A DNA stretch of 55,152 nt, filler included, from Basidiobolus ranarum (taxonomy: Eukaryota), in assembly GCA_040143965.1 (NCBI GenBank). It is 4 parts of 4 records of this genome, joined end to end, with 100 filler letters (N's around TTAATTAATTAA, not from the genome) between each part and the next. Parts side by side here need not be neighbours in the genome. Positions count along the whole stretch, not along the records: positions 13,832 to 27,544 come from JASJQH010007341.1; positions 27,645 to 41,350 come from JASJQH010007342.1; 2 more parts are not named here. One strand, written 5' to 3'. Numbering within the stretch: the stretch's first letter is position 1; every line of letters starts with the position of its first letter. The notes under the pieces were generated by a model. The model saw only the letters and a program-made list of their open reading frames with translations. It was not told the DNA's origin and ran no database searches. A program made the position numbers and the translations under genes. This document shows, in pieces, positions 24,284 through 35,079 of the stretch.

Positions 24284-25819
24284 ATGAGGTCGACCGCTTG
24301 GAACCTCAACAACACTCTTAGAATCGCCTTTATCCTGGTAAATCTACCAAAGAATATCCTTTCACAGCAAAGTCAGCCTCGTCAAATAGTGAAGTTTAAA
24401 ACATTGCCTGAGCCTTCTTGGGTGTCTAGTGTAGGCGGGGAGCTACAATCTTTACATGATAAATTTCATTTTATGCTGGGAACCTTTTCCGAGGAAACCA
24501 TTCAATCTATGAGAAGAACTAAATGGGTGGACTACATCGAAGAGGATGCCCTGGTTCAGATAGCCGCTGACTCCAATGGGGTTGGTAGTTGGGTAAGTAT
24601 TCGTGGAGATAGACATTAAGAGGCAAGGTAGTAACAGTAAGGCCTTTCTTGAATTAGGGTTTGGATCGAATTGATCAACGAGGGCTTCCATTAGATCAAA
24701 AGTATGACTTTATTGATAGTGGTGGTGTGGGAGTAGATATATACATCGTAGACACGTAAGTACCTTCCCATTGAGTTCTCCCTTTGTTAAATCCTACTGA
24801 ATTGCCTTTATGCAGTGGAATCTTTGTAGAACATTCGGACTTTGATGGTCGAGCCAAGTCAGGTGTGACTGCTTTGGTCGGACCTGATGGAGATAGAAAT
24901 GGTCATGGCACCTTTGTAGCCGGGATTATTGGCGGAAAGAGATATGGAGTGGCCAAACAAGCCAATTTGATATCAGTCAAGGTTAGTCAATGCAGTTAGA
25001 AACGTTGCAAAGCCATGCTAACGAACGTTCCAAGGCTCTAAGTGAACGCGGATATGGCACCACCAGCTCTGTATTACGGGGTCTACAGTATGTCTACTTA
25101 GAGCATCAGACCAAAGAGAACAAAAAAACTGTACTAAAGTAGGTTTAACTTTAATCACCTTTCCAAGGATCATCGTCTAACTTCGGATTCAGTTTATCAC
25201 TCATGTCGAACTTTAGCCGTATCATCAACGAAGCGGTCAATGAGACAGCATTATCAGGCATAGTTATTGTGGTAGGTAAATGGAAGCACTACTGTTTAAC
25301 GGATACGCACTAACATTGTGTAAAAACCAGGTACCTGCAGGAAATGGCAATGGATCAGCAAATGCAACTGAGGGAGTAGATGCCTGTGGATATTCTCCAG
25401 TGTCTGCAGCAAATGTGATCTCTGTGGGGTCAACGAATATTTTAGATCAACTGAGCGTCTCTTCAAACTATGGTCCATGTGTAACAATATACGCACCTGG
25501 TGAGAACGTGACTTCAGATTTTATTGGGTCTACCTCAGCCGTATCTACTTTGACGGGAACATCGTTTGCGGCAGCACATGTGTCTGGTGTAGCAGCTCTG
25601 ATATTATCTAACTATACCGAATTGCTACTACCGAGTGAAGTTCGAGAGCGCATCATTTCACTGTCAACAAGAAACGCCATCCAGAAACTACCAGCCAACT
25701 CAGTCAACAGGCTACTTTATAAGCAATTACAGAACTACCGGAGTGCAGCCACACAACTGAACGACCTCTTGGTACCATGCTTGGTTTCTTTACTCTTTGT
25801 CGCTCTGCAATTGTATTAG
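24284..25819 (+). CDS. Subtilisin-like (S8A, proteinase K-type) serine protease with an I9 propeptide and a hydrophobic C-terminal tail; multi-exon
   Basis: VDYIEEDA propeptide end, W|GLDRIDQR, YIVDT|GI (Asp), NGHGTFVAG (His), AGN, and GTSFAAAHVSG (Ser). Introns are GT-AG. Confidence 0.9.
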
Positions 25820-26099
25820 TCTCGAGTGTGGAAAGCATTGCCACTTTTTCTCGAATGACTCTATCCACCTCACCATCCAAGACTAAGAATATCTGCTGAA
25901 TCATTTCTTCTCATTTAATTCCTGGAATCCTCGTAGCCTAATTTATTTCCAATTTCTTCTAATTGAATCGGATATGACCCTGGTTCGATTGGGAAGTCTC
26001 TTGAAAACAAACAATTCTTATCCCTGATATTATTCTGCTTTCTCACCTTTTTTATTGTTTCCTCAAGGACTAGTAGTAGATGGTTTTTGTCATACCCTA

Positions 26100-27300
26100 T
26101 CGGGTGGCTTTAGTAATATTAAACGTTGAGGCGACTCAATCTTCCCCAAACCAACGTATATTGTGATTTCATTGCATTCCACTACGCGACCAAACTGAGC
26201 AAAATGAATTTGATCCAACCTATCCTAAGCTTGAATTCAACACCCGAACAGACAGAGATGGGTATCCAAGCGAGATGTGACTTGATTCCACTTTAACAGA
26301 TTAGGCTGAATTTGATTTCGATGGAAGTTAGCTCCCCTTGGGAATCCATCATGAGCGCAGTATCATCACTGGATATGGTAAAAGATTTGTTTAATTCATG
26401 CACCCAATTAGGCTTATTACAAATCCTGCCATACTTTTTCCCATCTATGGTGCCAGCTAGGGTTGGTTGGCATTGGATAAGGTAGTCTAAAAAGCGTACC
26501 CCTCAATTTTGCACTATCTGCACTGCAGCCTGATCAGTCTCAATCGGTGTTAATTTATTAATATAATGAGCCGACGTCTGATAACCCCCTGGCCAGATAG
26601 CATCAAGTCTTTATAAGCAACCGTAAACCATCAGCATTATACCAGGGCTCTGTTGGCCCTGCAACGGGTGACTTCTATGGGTGGCTCTGTAATTTACATA
26701 ATCGCCATGGTATGCTTAGAGAAGGCCTCCATTTATAGTCTTGGTCTACCAATCAATGGAGGAGACGATCTTCCATTTGCAAGTTGGGGCTTTTCAGTAT
26801 TAATCTCCCGAAGGGTAAAGAGATTATTTACTCCTTGTATACTCCTATGGACCAATAGAATGAGCGGCCTATTTGGGTTTCTCAGTGAGACCTTTGTACT
26901 ACTCGCGTCCCGTTGGTTATACAGTAGCCCAATGCTCAAGGCTGCTGCATTGAGACATATGTGGGTTAGCTCAATATCTCTGCCAGATTCATATACCACT
27001 GAGTCATACATAAATGGCATAGAAAGATGAGTGAGCGGAAGACCCTGCGTATGAATACCAAAGAAAGTTCCAAATTAATCATGAGATTGCGTTGAATAGG
27101 TGGACAGAATCCCTCAGAACGGGGGATTCCGCGATCACGAACGATGTGCAGTAGTTGATATGATGTCTCATTTTGTCCTTACAAATCTCTTGCGTGTTAG
27201 CTGTACATTCATCCGCCTCAATTACATGAGATTATTCTTGCTATCGTAGCGTTCATACGGCACTAGACAGGTGTGATAAGGATTCCACAAATGATTACAT
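26100..27300 (-). mobile_element. Degraded non-LTR (L1-like) reverse transcriptase relic
   Basis: Minus-strand fragments in order: IGLLYNQRD...NPNRPLILL (cf. I.LLYKKGD...NWRPISLL), NGRS, GVR, SDDTAL (cf. YADDTAL). Interrupted by stops. Confidence 0.45.
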
Positions 27301-27544
27301 ATTGTTCCGAGGCTACCCAGTATTCTCCCGCTTGCTCTGTAGAAATATCGCTAGCCATTTTCGGTAGGAAGATGAATCTTTATCGAGTCCGCCTAGAATT
27401 TCCTGCCACCTCTGTGCCGATACTCAGTCCACGGCGTGAGATCTCTGTCGTGCGAGGGTGGCCCTGTTTCAACCAGTGATATCCGGGATGTAATACACCG
27501 GGTGGAATGTGTCCGGAAGTTACACGCAGTTTTGCCCCTGACGC

Positions 27545-27644
27545 NNNNNNNNNNNNNNNNNNNNNNNNNNNNNNNNNNNNNNNNNNNNTTAATTAATTAA
27601 NNNNNNNNNNNNNNNNNNNNNNNNNNNNNNNNNNNNNNNNNNNN
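27545..27644. other. Artificial 100-bp contig spacer with a six-frame stop linker
   Basis: N run with TTAATTAATTAA in the centre. Confidence 0.97.
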
Positions 27645-28091
27645 TGGCTTGCCACACCATTGTCAAATTCACCATCATGCTGGAAACTGATACAATATGA
27701 CCCTCTTGTTTCTGAACTAGCTCTACAACTGTATCAAACAAAACAGCCCAAAATTGTTGCTATAAACTTTCAGCTGGATCTTTGGAAACAATACCTTTGC
27801 CCCAAGACACCTTTTTTGATCCCTATTATACCAGGTTTTTGTCCTATTGTCCATTTGGTTTGTACTGAATATCTTTCTTGCTGCTTGCCACCTTTATCCC
27901 TCAACACTGTATTTACATCCTCAGAACTGGATTATATTGGTCATCAAGTCAAATATGGATATGATCCAGTCTTGTCACAACATCTTAAAAGATTGATGTC
28001 ATGATTGTCACTTTGTTTAGATTATTATATAAACTAATGTAATTCCACACCACCTGGTGCTTTTCATCCCCCCTAACCCTAAGACGTAGAC

Positions 28092-28328
28092 AAACTAACA
28101 TGTTGAATCTGTTAAGGAAGATCACATGTAAATTTGTTCAAAGTTTGGGGCTTCTAGTACAGGCTTGAAAAATACAAATATCTGAGAACTTCTAAGTTGG
28201 TAAAAATATTCCAAGTAAGTTCCTCTTCAGAATAATGGGTAACATTTTAGTTCAATAAAGGATAACTAAATACTAAGCTATATAAGAATATATCGGTATT
28301 TAGGCAATGCTAATTTCAACACCTTTAT
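28092..28328 (+). repeat. Copy of a dispersed ~230-bp AT-rich repeat family
   Basis: Colinear with 32596..32825, sharing AAACTAACATG, TTTGGGGC.TCTAG.ACAGG.TTGAAAAAT, AACTTCTAAGTT.GTAAAA, GAATAATGGGTAA, TACTAAGCTATAT and GCAATGCTAATTTCA. Confidence 0.8.
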
Positions 28329-28636
28329 GCTTTATGTTAATCTAACCCTAACCCCCAGACCCCCCCCCGTTTCATCCTAACCCTCCTTTACCCTTACCAC
28401 CACATTTACGTCCTGACCCTAATACTCTAGATCTTCACACTTCAATTAAGAAACTACGAAAATAGTTATGGCTTCTTTGTTTTATTTGAAATTAAGATTT
28501 CACCTGTTGGTGACTGTCTCTCCCCCTAAGTCAACTGATTGGCAAATAGTACCAGCAACACAGGCTGTGGTTACCTGAGCATTTCCACGTACCATCAATG
28601 TAACCTGCTTGAGTTGATTCCTGATGTACTTGTTAC

Positions 28637-30190
28637 TTAATTTGTTGTACTTGATGTCGTGGAAATATCTTTAGTTTTACTCGTTGTTGTAGTTGTTGGT
28701 AGCATTGAGCTTTTGGACAGACGTGCGATACTTGCCTTTGCTCCAGGAGCTGCACACTCGATACTAGTGGCAGTGTTGTAGCACACTAGGTATGGCCCAC
28801 AACTTAGATTATATTCGAGTCCGTTAGCACAAGAGGTGTACTTGGGGGAATTACCCGAGTCAACACATCGATCAGCCTCTGCACACGTGGATGTAACACA
28901 AGGGTCAGCCTGAGGATCGGCTGGATTGTTGACACATGTTGTACCGGGTGCACATTGTTGCATCTTTAATATTCCAGTGTCACAATGAGTGTACTGTTGA
29001 GAATTAGTACAGATTCTATCGCCAGTCACACAATTTGAATCACTTTTGTTAGGATAGAATAGACACTTGACGTTCTTCCCGTCTGGCATACAAATAGCAC
29101 CATTCTCACATGCGCTTGGTGATTTCCCTTGATTGGTCAAAAGCCAAATTTTTGATGTAACTCCGGGTTGTGCACATTGGGCATTGGAAATATGTGATAT
29201 GGCCGTAGGCTTTACCGTTGAACCGGAACCAGAATCAGGAGAATTTGATTTTTGAGGAGTTGGAGGCTGAATGGTCGCGGAGCTTGTTCCACTTGCGACC
29301 GTGGGTAGAGAGGATTCAATGGAACTACCACTCAAGTCGGTAGATTGAGGAGTCGTAGTTACCCCTGGAGTGGCGGGCTGTACTGCAGGAGTCTCACAGT
29401 AGGTACCTCCACCAATCTCTTGACATGTAGTACCAGCGGCGCAGGCTGTAGTTATCCATTGACCACTGACACATTCGGCTATTTGTGAACCCAAACATTT
29501 CCAATTTCCTTCAACGCAAGTACTCTGAATTGGTGTTGCAGAGCCCGAGCTCTCTGAAGTGCTTGTAGTGTCTGGATCTTGATTGGGGCTACCACATGTG
29601 ATACTAGTGGCAGTATTGTAGCACACTTCATCCACTCCGCAACTCAAGTTGTATGTCAACCCGTTAGCGCAAGACACGTAGTTCGGGGAATTGCCTGGGT
29701 CGACACATCTGTCCTCATTTGTACATGTAGCAGGAATGCATGGGTCCGCCTGAGGGTCATTGAGGTTGTTAACACAAGTGGTCCCAGGTGCACACTGTTG
29801 CATTTTCAGTATTCCCGAGTCGCAATGAGTGTACTGTTGTGAGTTGGTACAGACTCTATCGCCAGTTACACAGTTCGGAACGCTTTTGTTAGGATAGAAC
29901 AGGCACTTGACATTTTTTCCATCAGGCATGCAGATAGCACCATTCTCGCATGCACTTGGGGAATTACCTTGATTTGACACAAGCCAAACTTTGGATGTCA
30001 CTCCGGGTTGTGCGCAACGTGCGTTTGGAATGTACGACACAGAAGTGGGTTGAACAGAAAGCAGCTGAGATCCCTGATCGTACTTGGTGTCGGCAACGTC
30101 TATAGGTTTGTTAGCATTTGATGATTGTGGATAGGCTACCACCACTGTTGCAATGGCGGATGCCGTTAGAAAATTGATAGCCACGCGCAT
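28637..30190 (-). CDS. Secreted Cys-rich protein with an internally duplicated multi-module region and a CBM19-like (chitin-binding) module; intronless, 517 aa
   Basis: Signal peptide MRVAINFLTASAIATVVVA. Two near-identical ~150-aa blocks (CAQPGVTSK.WL...CENGAICMPDGKNVKC...CAPGTTC...). CVEGNWKC.GSQIAECVSGQW.TTACAAGTTC is CBM19-like. S/T-rich linkers. Confidence 0.85.
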   Translation of the reverse strand: MRVAINFLTASAIATVVVAYPQSSNANKPIDVADTKYDQGSQLLSVQPTSVSYIPNARCAQPGVTSKVWLVSNQGNSPSACENGAICMPDGKNVKCLFYPNKSVPNCVTGDRVCTNSQQYTHCDSGILKMQQCAPGTTCVNNLNDPQADPCIPATCTNEDRCVDPGNSPNYVSCANGLTYNLSCGVDEVCYNTATSITCGSPNQDPDTTSTSESSGSATPIQSTCVEGNWKCLGSQIAECVSGQWITTACAAGTTCQEIGGGTYCETPAVQPATPGVTTTPQSTDLSGSSIESSLPTVASGTSSATIQPPTPQKSNSPDSGSGSTVKPTAISHISNAQCAQPGVTSKIWLLTNQGKSPSACENGAICMPDGKNVKCLFYPNKSDSNCVTGDRICTNSQQYTHCDTGILKMQQCAPGTTCVNNPADPQADPCVTSTCAEADRCVDSGNSPKYTSCANGLEYNLSCGPYLVCYNTATSIECAAPGAKASIARLSKSSMLPTTTTTSKTKDISTTSSTTN

Positions 30191-30349
30191 TATTGAGATT
30201 GCAATGTTGATTTCTCTCTCGTATGATTATTTATATATCCTCGAAGTGCACGTCTGATGGCGATGAATACGTAAGTTGATCATGTCCGGGAAATCGTTTG
30301 GTTATTAAGACTCTAGTGCAAAACCAAGATATACGAATCAAGTACCAGA

Positions 30350-31450
30350 TACTGTCATAAAAACTCGAAGTAGGTGCACCCTAAATCCTCAACAGGAACA
30401 TGACAGTCAGCATATATCCTAAAATGGTCGAGCGATATATCCTCGGCTGAAATATTCCCGCATTCGAAGGAATCTCCAATGCCATTCAAACATGAAGCTC
30501 TGAATTCTACTACAAAACATTTATCCATGTTGTAAAGCTTCCTACAGACATTCAGCAAAACACCTAACCCAATGCAAAGGCCCCCGACCGCAAATGGTGA
30601 AATCAAACGTGATGAAGAGCCTAGAGGTACTGAATGTATAGCGAATAGGGGATGATCGTTGGTCGTTGGTTACACGAATTATCCTAAAGGTGTCACTTAT
30701 TCAAAATGTAAGGAAATTTCTTCATCGTTTCTACTTGATATATCGGATATGGTTACGTTCTCAATGTTCTTTTTAATACAAATATGGATGTGTTCTAGAT
30801 ATTACATAGTATATTCTCTTTTAAACCCCCCCCCCATAACCAGCTACCGAGCAGATGGAATTTAATATCACTTTATTTCCGTGGCTGATCGAGATTTGAA
30901 TCATAAAGATGGAGTATCCAATCAGCAACGCAGTCAATAAGAGCATCACTTACTAAAAGATTATTCCCCAAGCTGTAGAATAAGTGGACTAGCGAAATTC
31001 TAGCCTTAAGTAGACCCTTTTAGCTGTCACGTTTTGTTTGGTATTCTACTGTTGGATACTCCCAACATACGAAGACAAAGTGGAGAAGGCGATAATCAGG
31101 AATACTACCTGATTCTTTAATGAAATGAGCCTACATTCACTAGCTTCCAGGCATTAGATTGTAAGTATAGAAAAAGCAGCCCCATAACCCGCATAATATA
31201 AGTGACAAAATGACTGCCGAAGAATCCGTTGTTATTATCTGAAGGGAAGAATCATCCGATGGCGTTATCAGGAGAATACATTACCCCAACCATTTTGGAC
31301 AACTACCACTACCAAGATAACGATGCACTCTATGTGTAGATTGTTCAATTTTGACAATTGCGTATCTTTACATTCAATGGGATGCTTTTAAACGGAAAGG
31401 TTTTTCTAGGATTTCTCTCCAAATATAGTTTCGTGTAAATGACCTGTAAC
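30350..31450 (+). mobile_element. Possible heavily degraded Ty3/Gypsy pol (RT-RNase H) relic
   Basis: Remnants in order: FLLDISDMVTFS (cf. VYLDDILIFS), KDGV, SGLAKF (cf. LGLANFY), NHPMA...NYHYQD.DAL (cf. HPVAF.S...NY..YD.ELLA). A purine tract AGAGGGGGAA lies at 31821. Confidence 0.3.
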
Positions 31451-32283
31451 GCCACATTGGGTAAGAAAACAATTCGGTTCTAAACTCTCTTTGATTTCTA
31501 CCAATACACTTGGTACTACCACCATCCCGATACAGGTGATACCCTCCCGATCCAGATGATCACAAATTAGAGGTAAGGGTCAGTACATATATAGCTTAGA
31601 TAGCATGATTATGAGTTTTGAACGTTTTCTGCGTAAGATCGAGTTGATCGAATAGGATCAATCGATCATTAGGCGATACAAGATGTGTGAGATACCACTG
31701 ATGAGCAGTAGATTGATCGCTGTCTTGATCGAGGATCTAGATTGATCTTGATATACTGATCTAGATTCAATCTATGGATGCAATAGCCTTACGTTATCAA
31801 CCCAATATTGGATCACCACCAGAGGGGGAAATTGAAGGTTTAACCCCAATATTTACCCGATCATGGAGCAACTAGACTCTCCAGTAGCTAGAGTATCTGG
31901 AAGTACGTTTAGATGGTTGGAATTTGCGCATCTTCCATGAATGCATTCAATGACTACATTTTCTGTTTAAAACCAAACTATGATTACCACTACCTTAAGC
32001 TATTACAAACTGCACTCTCAATTGGTGATCTATGGAATAGCGGTTTTTGGTATTGAAGCTTCATAGCAATACTAGTGTTGGCGATGGCATAAGATTGTGC
32101 TTCTAGGGTACTAATGAAGCTGAGAGTAAAATTCTTGGAAGTTCTTGTCAAGTTGGAATAGTGACTTTTCTGGATATGACTGAAATACTGTTGAAAATGA
32201 CATGACTTAAACATCTATATAGCCATATAGTTAGCTACCTAAATTTCACTATGGTCCTATGAGATATCCTCATGAGGAATTTA

Positions 32284-32825
32284 CTGTTGAAATAAGCATA
32301 GCTTAAACACCCATATAGTCATATTCAGCCTTGTATCTAGCTATTCCATATTTCACCAAGATATCACCCAATATTCTCAATCGGAATTTACTCAAAATAT
32401 GCTTACCAACTTAGAAGCTCTCAGATTTATCCATTTCTCCAACTTGTGCTAGAAGCACCAAATTTGCACACAATTTCTGTTAAAGTATTTGGGAGCCTGT
32501 TGGAGGTGTTTTGGAGAATTAGAGAAATTGGTGGCTTTCACTTTAATATTTATTGAGTTGAATGTTGACATTTATAGCTTTGTCAGGATGTAAGTAAACT
32601 AACATGTAAAATATGTTGAGGAAGGTCCTAGATATATGTGTGCAAAGTTTGGGGCATCTAGCACAGGTTTGAAAAATCTATATATCTGATAACTTCTAAG
32701 TTAGTAAAATATTACAAGTTCCAATTGAGAATAATGGGTAATACCTTAGCAAAATACAAGATAGCTAACTACTAAGCTATATATGACTATATAGGTGTTT
32801 AAGCAATGCTAATTTCAGCACTTAT
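32284..32825. mobile_element. Inverted-repeat (foldback/MITE-like) element made of two opposed copies of the dispersed repeat
   Basis: The reverse complement of 32284..32474 aligns with 32636..32825 (GTGTGCAAA.TT.GG..C.TCTAGCACA, CTTCTAAGTT.GTAA, TTGAGAATA.TGGGT, TATGACTATAT.GGTGTTTAAGC.ATGCT.ATTTCA). Confidence 0.65.
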
Positions 32826-33766
32826 GGCTATTACACTAAACTCAAATTAGCTATCTTTACTTGTGCATGTGTAGCTAATGAAATGATTTTGATTCCAAGG
32901 AAATAGGAGATTGCTGTTGTAGAAATATATAGTAATCTCTATACCCCCTCCCTTGCTAGATTCTTTTCCAAGAGATTAGTCATATCCAATGGCGTAAATA
33001 TCTCATACTTTCTAAAATTTATTTGTATTACCATTAGGCCATCAGATCCCCTCTTCTTCGTCCAATAGCTGGATTAGCGCACCGTTCACAGATTTGTTAC
33101 TGATTCGATATCAAGAACTGTGCGGCTTAAATGAAAGAAACGATGGTGGCTAAAAGGGTGACTTGAAGAAGAAGTCGCACATTACCATTACCATTACCGG
33201 TACCTCTATTTCACCGACTCCCCCAATTTATAGTCCTCCTATAGCCCCAAGTGGCGCCGGTTATCTTCGCTTGTTAAGTAAATGTAACTGAGTATCTGCA
33301 ATTGGATGGCCGATGGATACTTTTCTATTTCTAAGAACATGGTACTCAATCTCCCAGTGAATATGACTCCGAAATTTTGAAGCAATGTTGAATTGGGTGC
33401 CTCCTCAGTTAATATCAATGATCCTGGTTTACTTAAGCTTGGCATTATCCTGTTCTGCAATAAGCTATTTGTATTTGTCAAGATCTGATAATATATTAAT
33501 TTTACTCACAATGACTGATACAAAAGATCTGATAACGGACTCGGAAGTTGATAAATTAATGCTATAGGTATATTTCTTTATCCTCAGCCTGGTATTTGGT
33601 GTAACATCCATTGTTTCACGAATAAACATCACCCTTTCCCATTATCAGATTCTGAGGGCTACCGGAACTAATATAATCACTGTACGGAACAATTTTCAGG
33701 CCATTCTCCCACCAAGACAAATTTGGTTTTATCTTAAATAGTCCTGGTGGGAAATAGTGGCAACCA

Positions 33767-35079
33767 ATGAGTCTATTAATTACTTCTATTGCCACTGGTG
33801 TTGGATTAGCATTCGGCTACTTCTGGATATCTAAGAATCGAAAGATCCCAGCATTGATGGCATTAGATGCTCCAATTAGAGTGGTCATTATCGGCGCCTC
33901 GTTCGGCGGAATGGGAGCTGCGAAGCTACTGGAAAGTAAGTGTAAAGGGTACAATATTGAGATTACAATGATTGATCAGAAGGAGGAGTTTTATCACCTT
34001 ATCGGAGCTTTTCGTGGGATGGTTGAAGAGGGATTTGCCAAGAAGTTATGGATTCCTCGGGATAGGTTCTTTAAAGATGAGAAACACCAAATTCTTAATG
34101 CCTCAGTTAGCGAGGTTCGCAAAAATGAAGTACTTCTAGGTTCAGATGAGACTGTACCGTTCGACTACTTGATTGTTTCCTCTGGATTATCCTATCCCAC
34201 TCCAGTTGATACCAGATCTCTAAATAAGCAAGCAGGCGTGCAAGTAGCTAATGAGATCATTGAAACTATCAAGAATGCAAAGGATGTCTTGATAGTAGGT
34301 GGAGGCTGTGACGGAATTGAATTGGCAGGTGAAATTGCTGACGATTTTCCTGACAAAAAAGTTACACTTATACATAGTCGTCGCAAGCTTTTGCCAGGCA
34401 ATGTATCAGATAGATGTAGAGCGAAAGCACTTCAAAGTTTACAGAAGCGTCGAGTAGAAGTAGTGTTTAATGAGCGCCTGATATTCTTACCTGAGGATTT
34501 GTTGCAAACTCACCATACCCGAAAAGCCTGGACCTCTACTAGTGGAAGAGTATATGAAACAGATGTTCAGGTATTTTAATATCGCATATGTATATCTATG
34601 TATGACGTTTGTAATACTAACCCTTTTTGTGGTTTCAGTTTTTCTGTTTTGGCGCTAAACCCAACTCCTCATTTCTTGAGCCTTTAAATAGAGAATATGG
34701 TCATGTACTGGAAGAAAAGCGTGACTTTGTCCGAGTTCAATCTACCATGCAACTGGAATCTTCCAAACTTTCTCACATCTTTGCTGTTGGAGATGTTTGC
34801 AATGGATGGAGTGAGAAAGTTGCGGGTGTAGCTTACAGGCAAGGAACTATTGCCTCAAAAAACATTTTCAAATTAATTCTCAAACGAGTTGGTGGACCTT
34901 CCCAAAAACTGAGTACTTTCAAACCTCCTATACAAAAGATTTCGTTTAGTATTGGACGGACTGGAGGTGTTACACAAGTGGGTTTCATTGTTGCAGGCGA
35001 TTATCTTACCAGTAAATTCAAGAAGGATGCTGGTGTTCCTCGATTCTGGAAGTATTTTGGTTATGAGCTAATTGATTAG
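33767..35079 (+). CDS. AIF/AMID (AIFM2/FSP1)-like FAD/NAD(P)H oxidoreductase with an N-terminal membrane anchor; intron 34571..34638
   Basis: VVIIGASFGG FAD motif, VPFDYLIVSSG, VLIVGGG..GIELAGEI, KKVTLIHS and IFAVGDV. Confidence 0.88.

Noticed and set aside
27660-28004. 114-aa ORF at the contig start as a transposase
   Set aside because: No DDE or other motif recognised. It may be repeat debris but I cannot support a call.
11915-28425. Functional link between the Teb1/Tay1-like gene and the CCCTAA motifs
   Set aside because: They are on different, artificially joined contigs.
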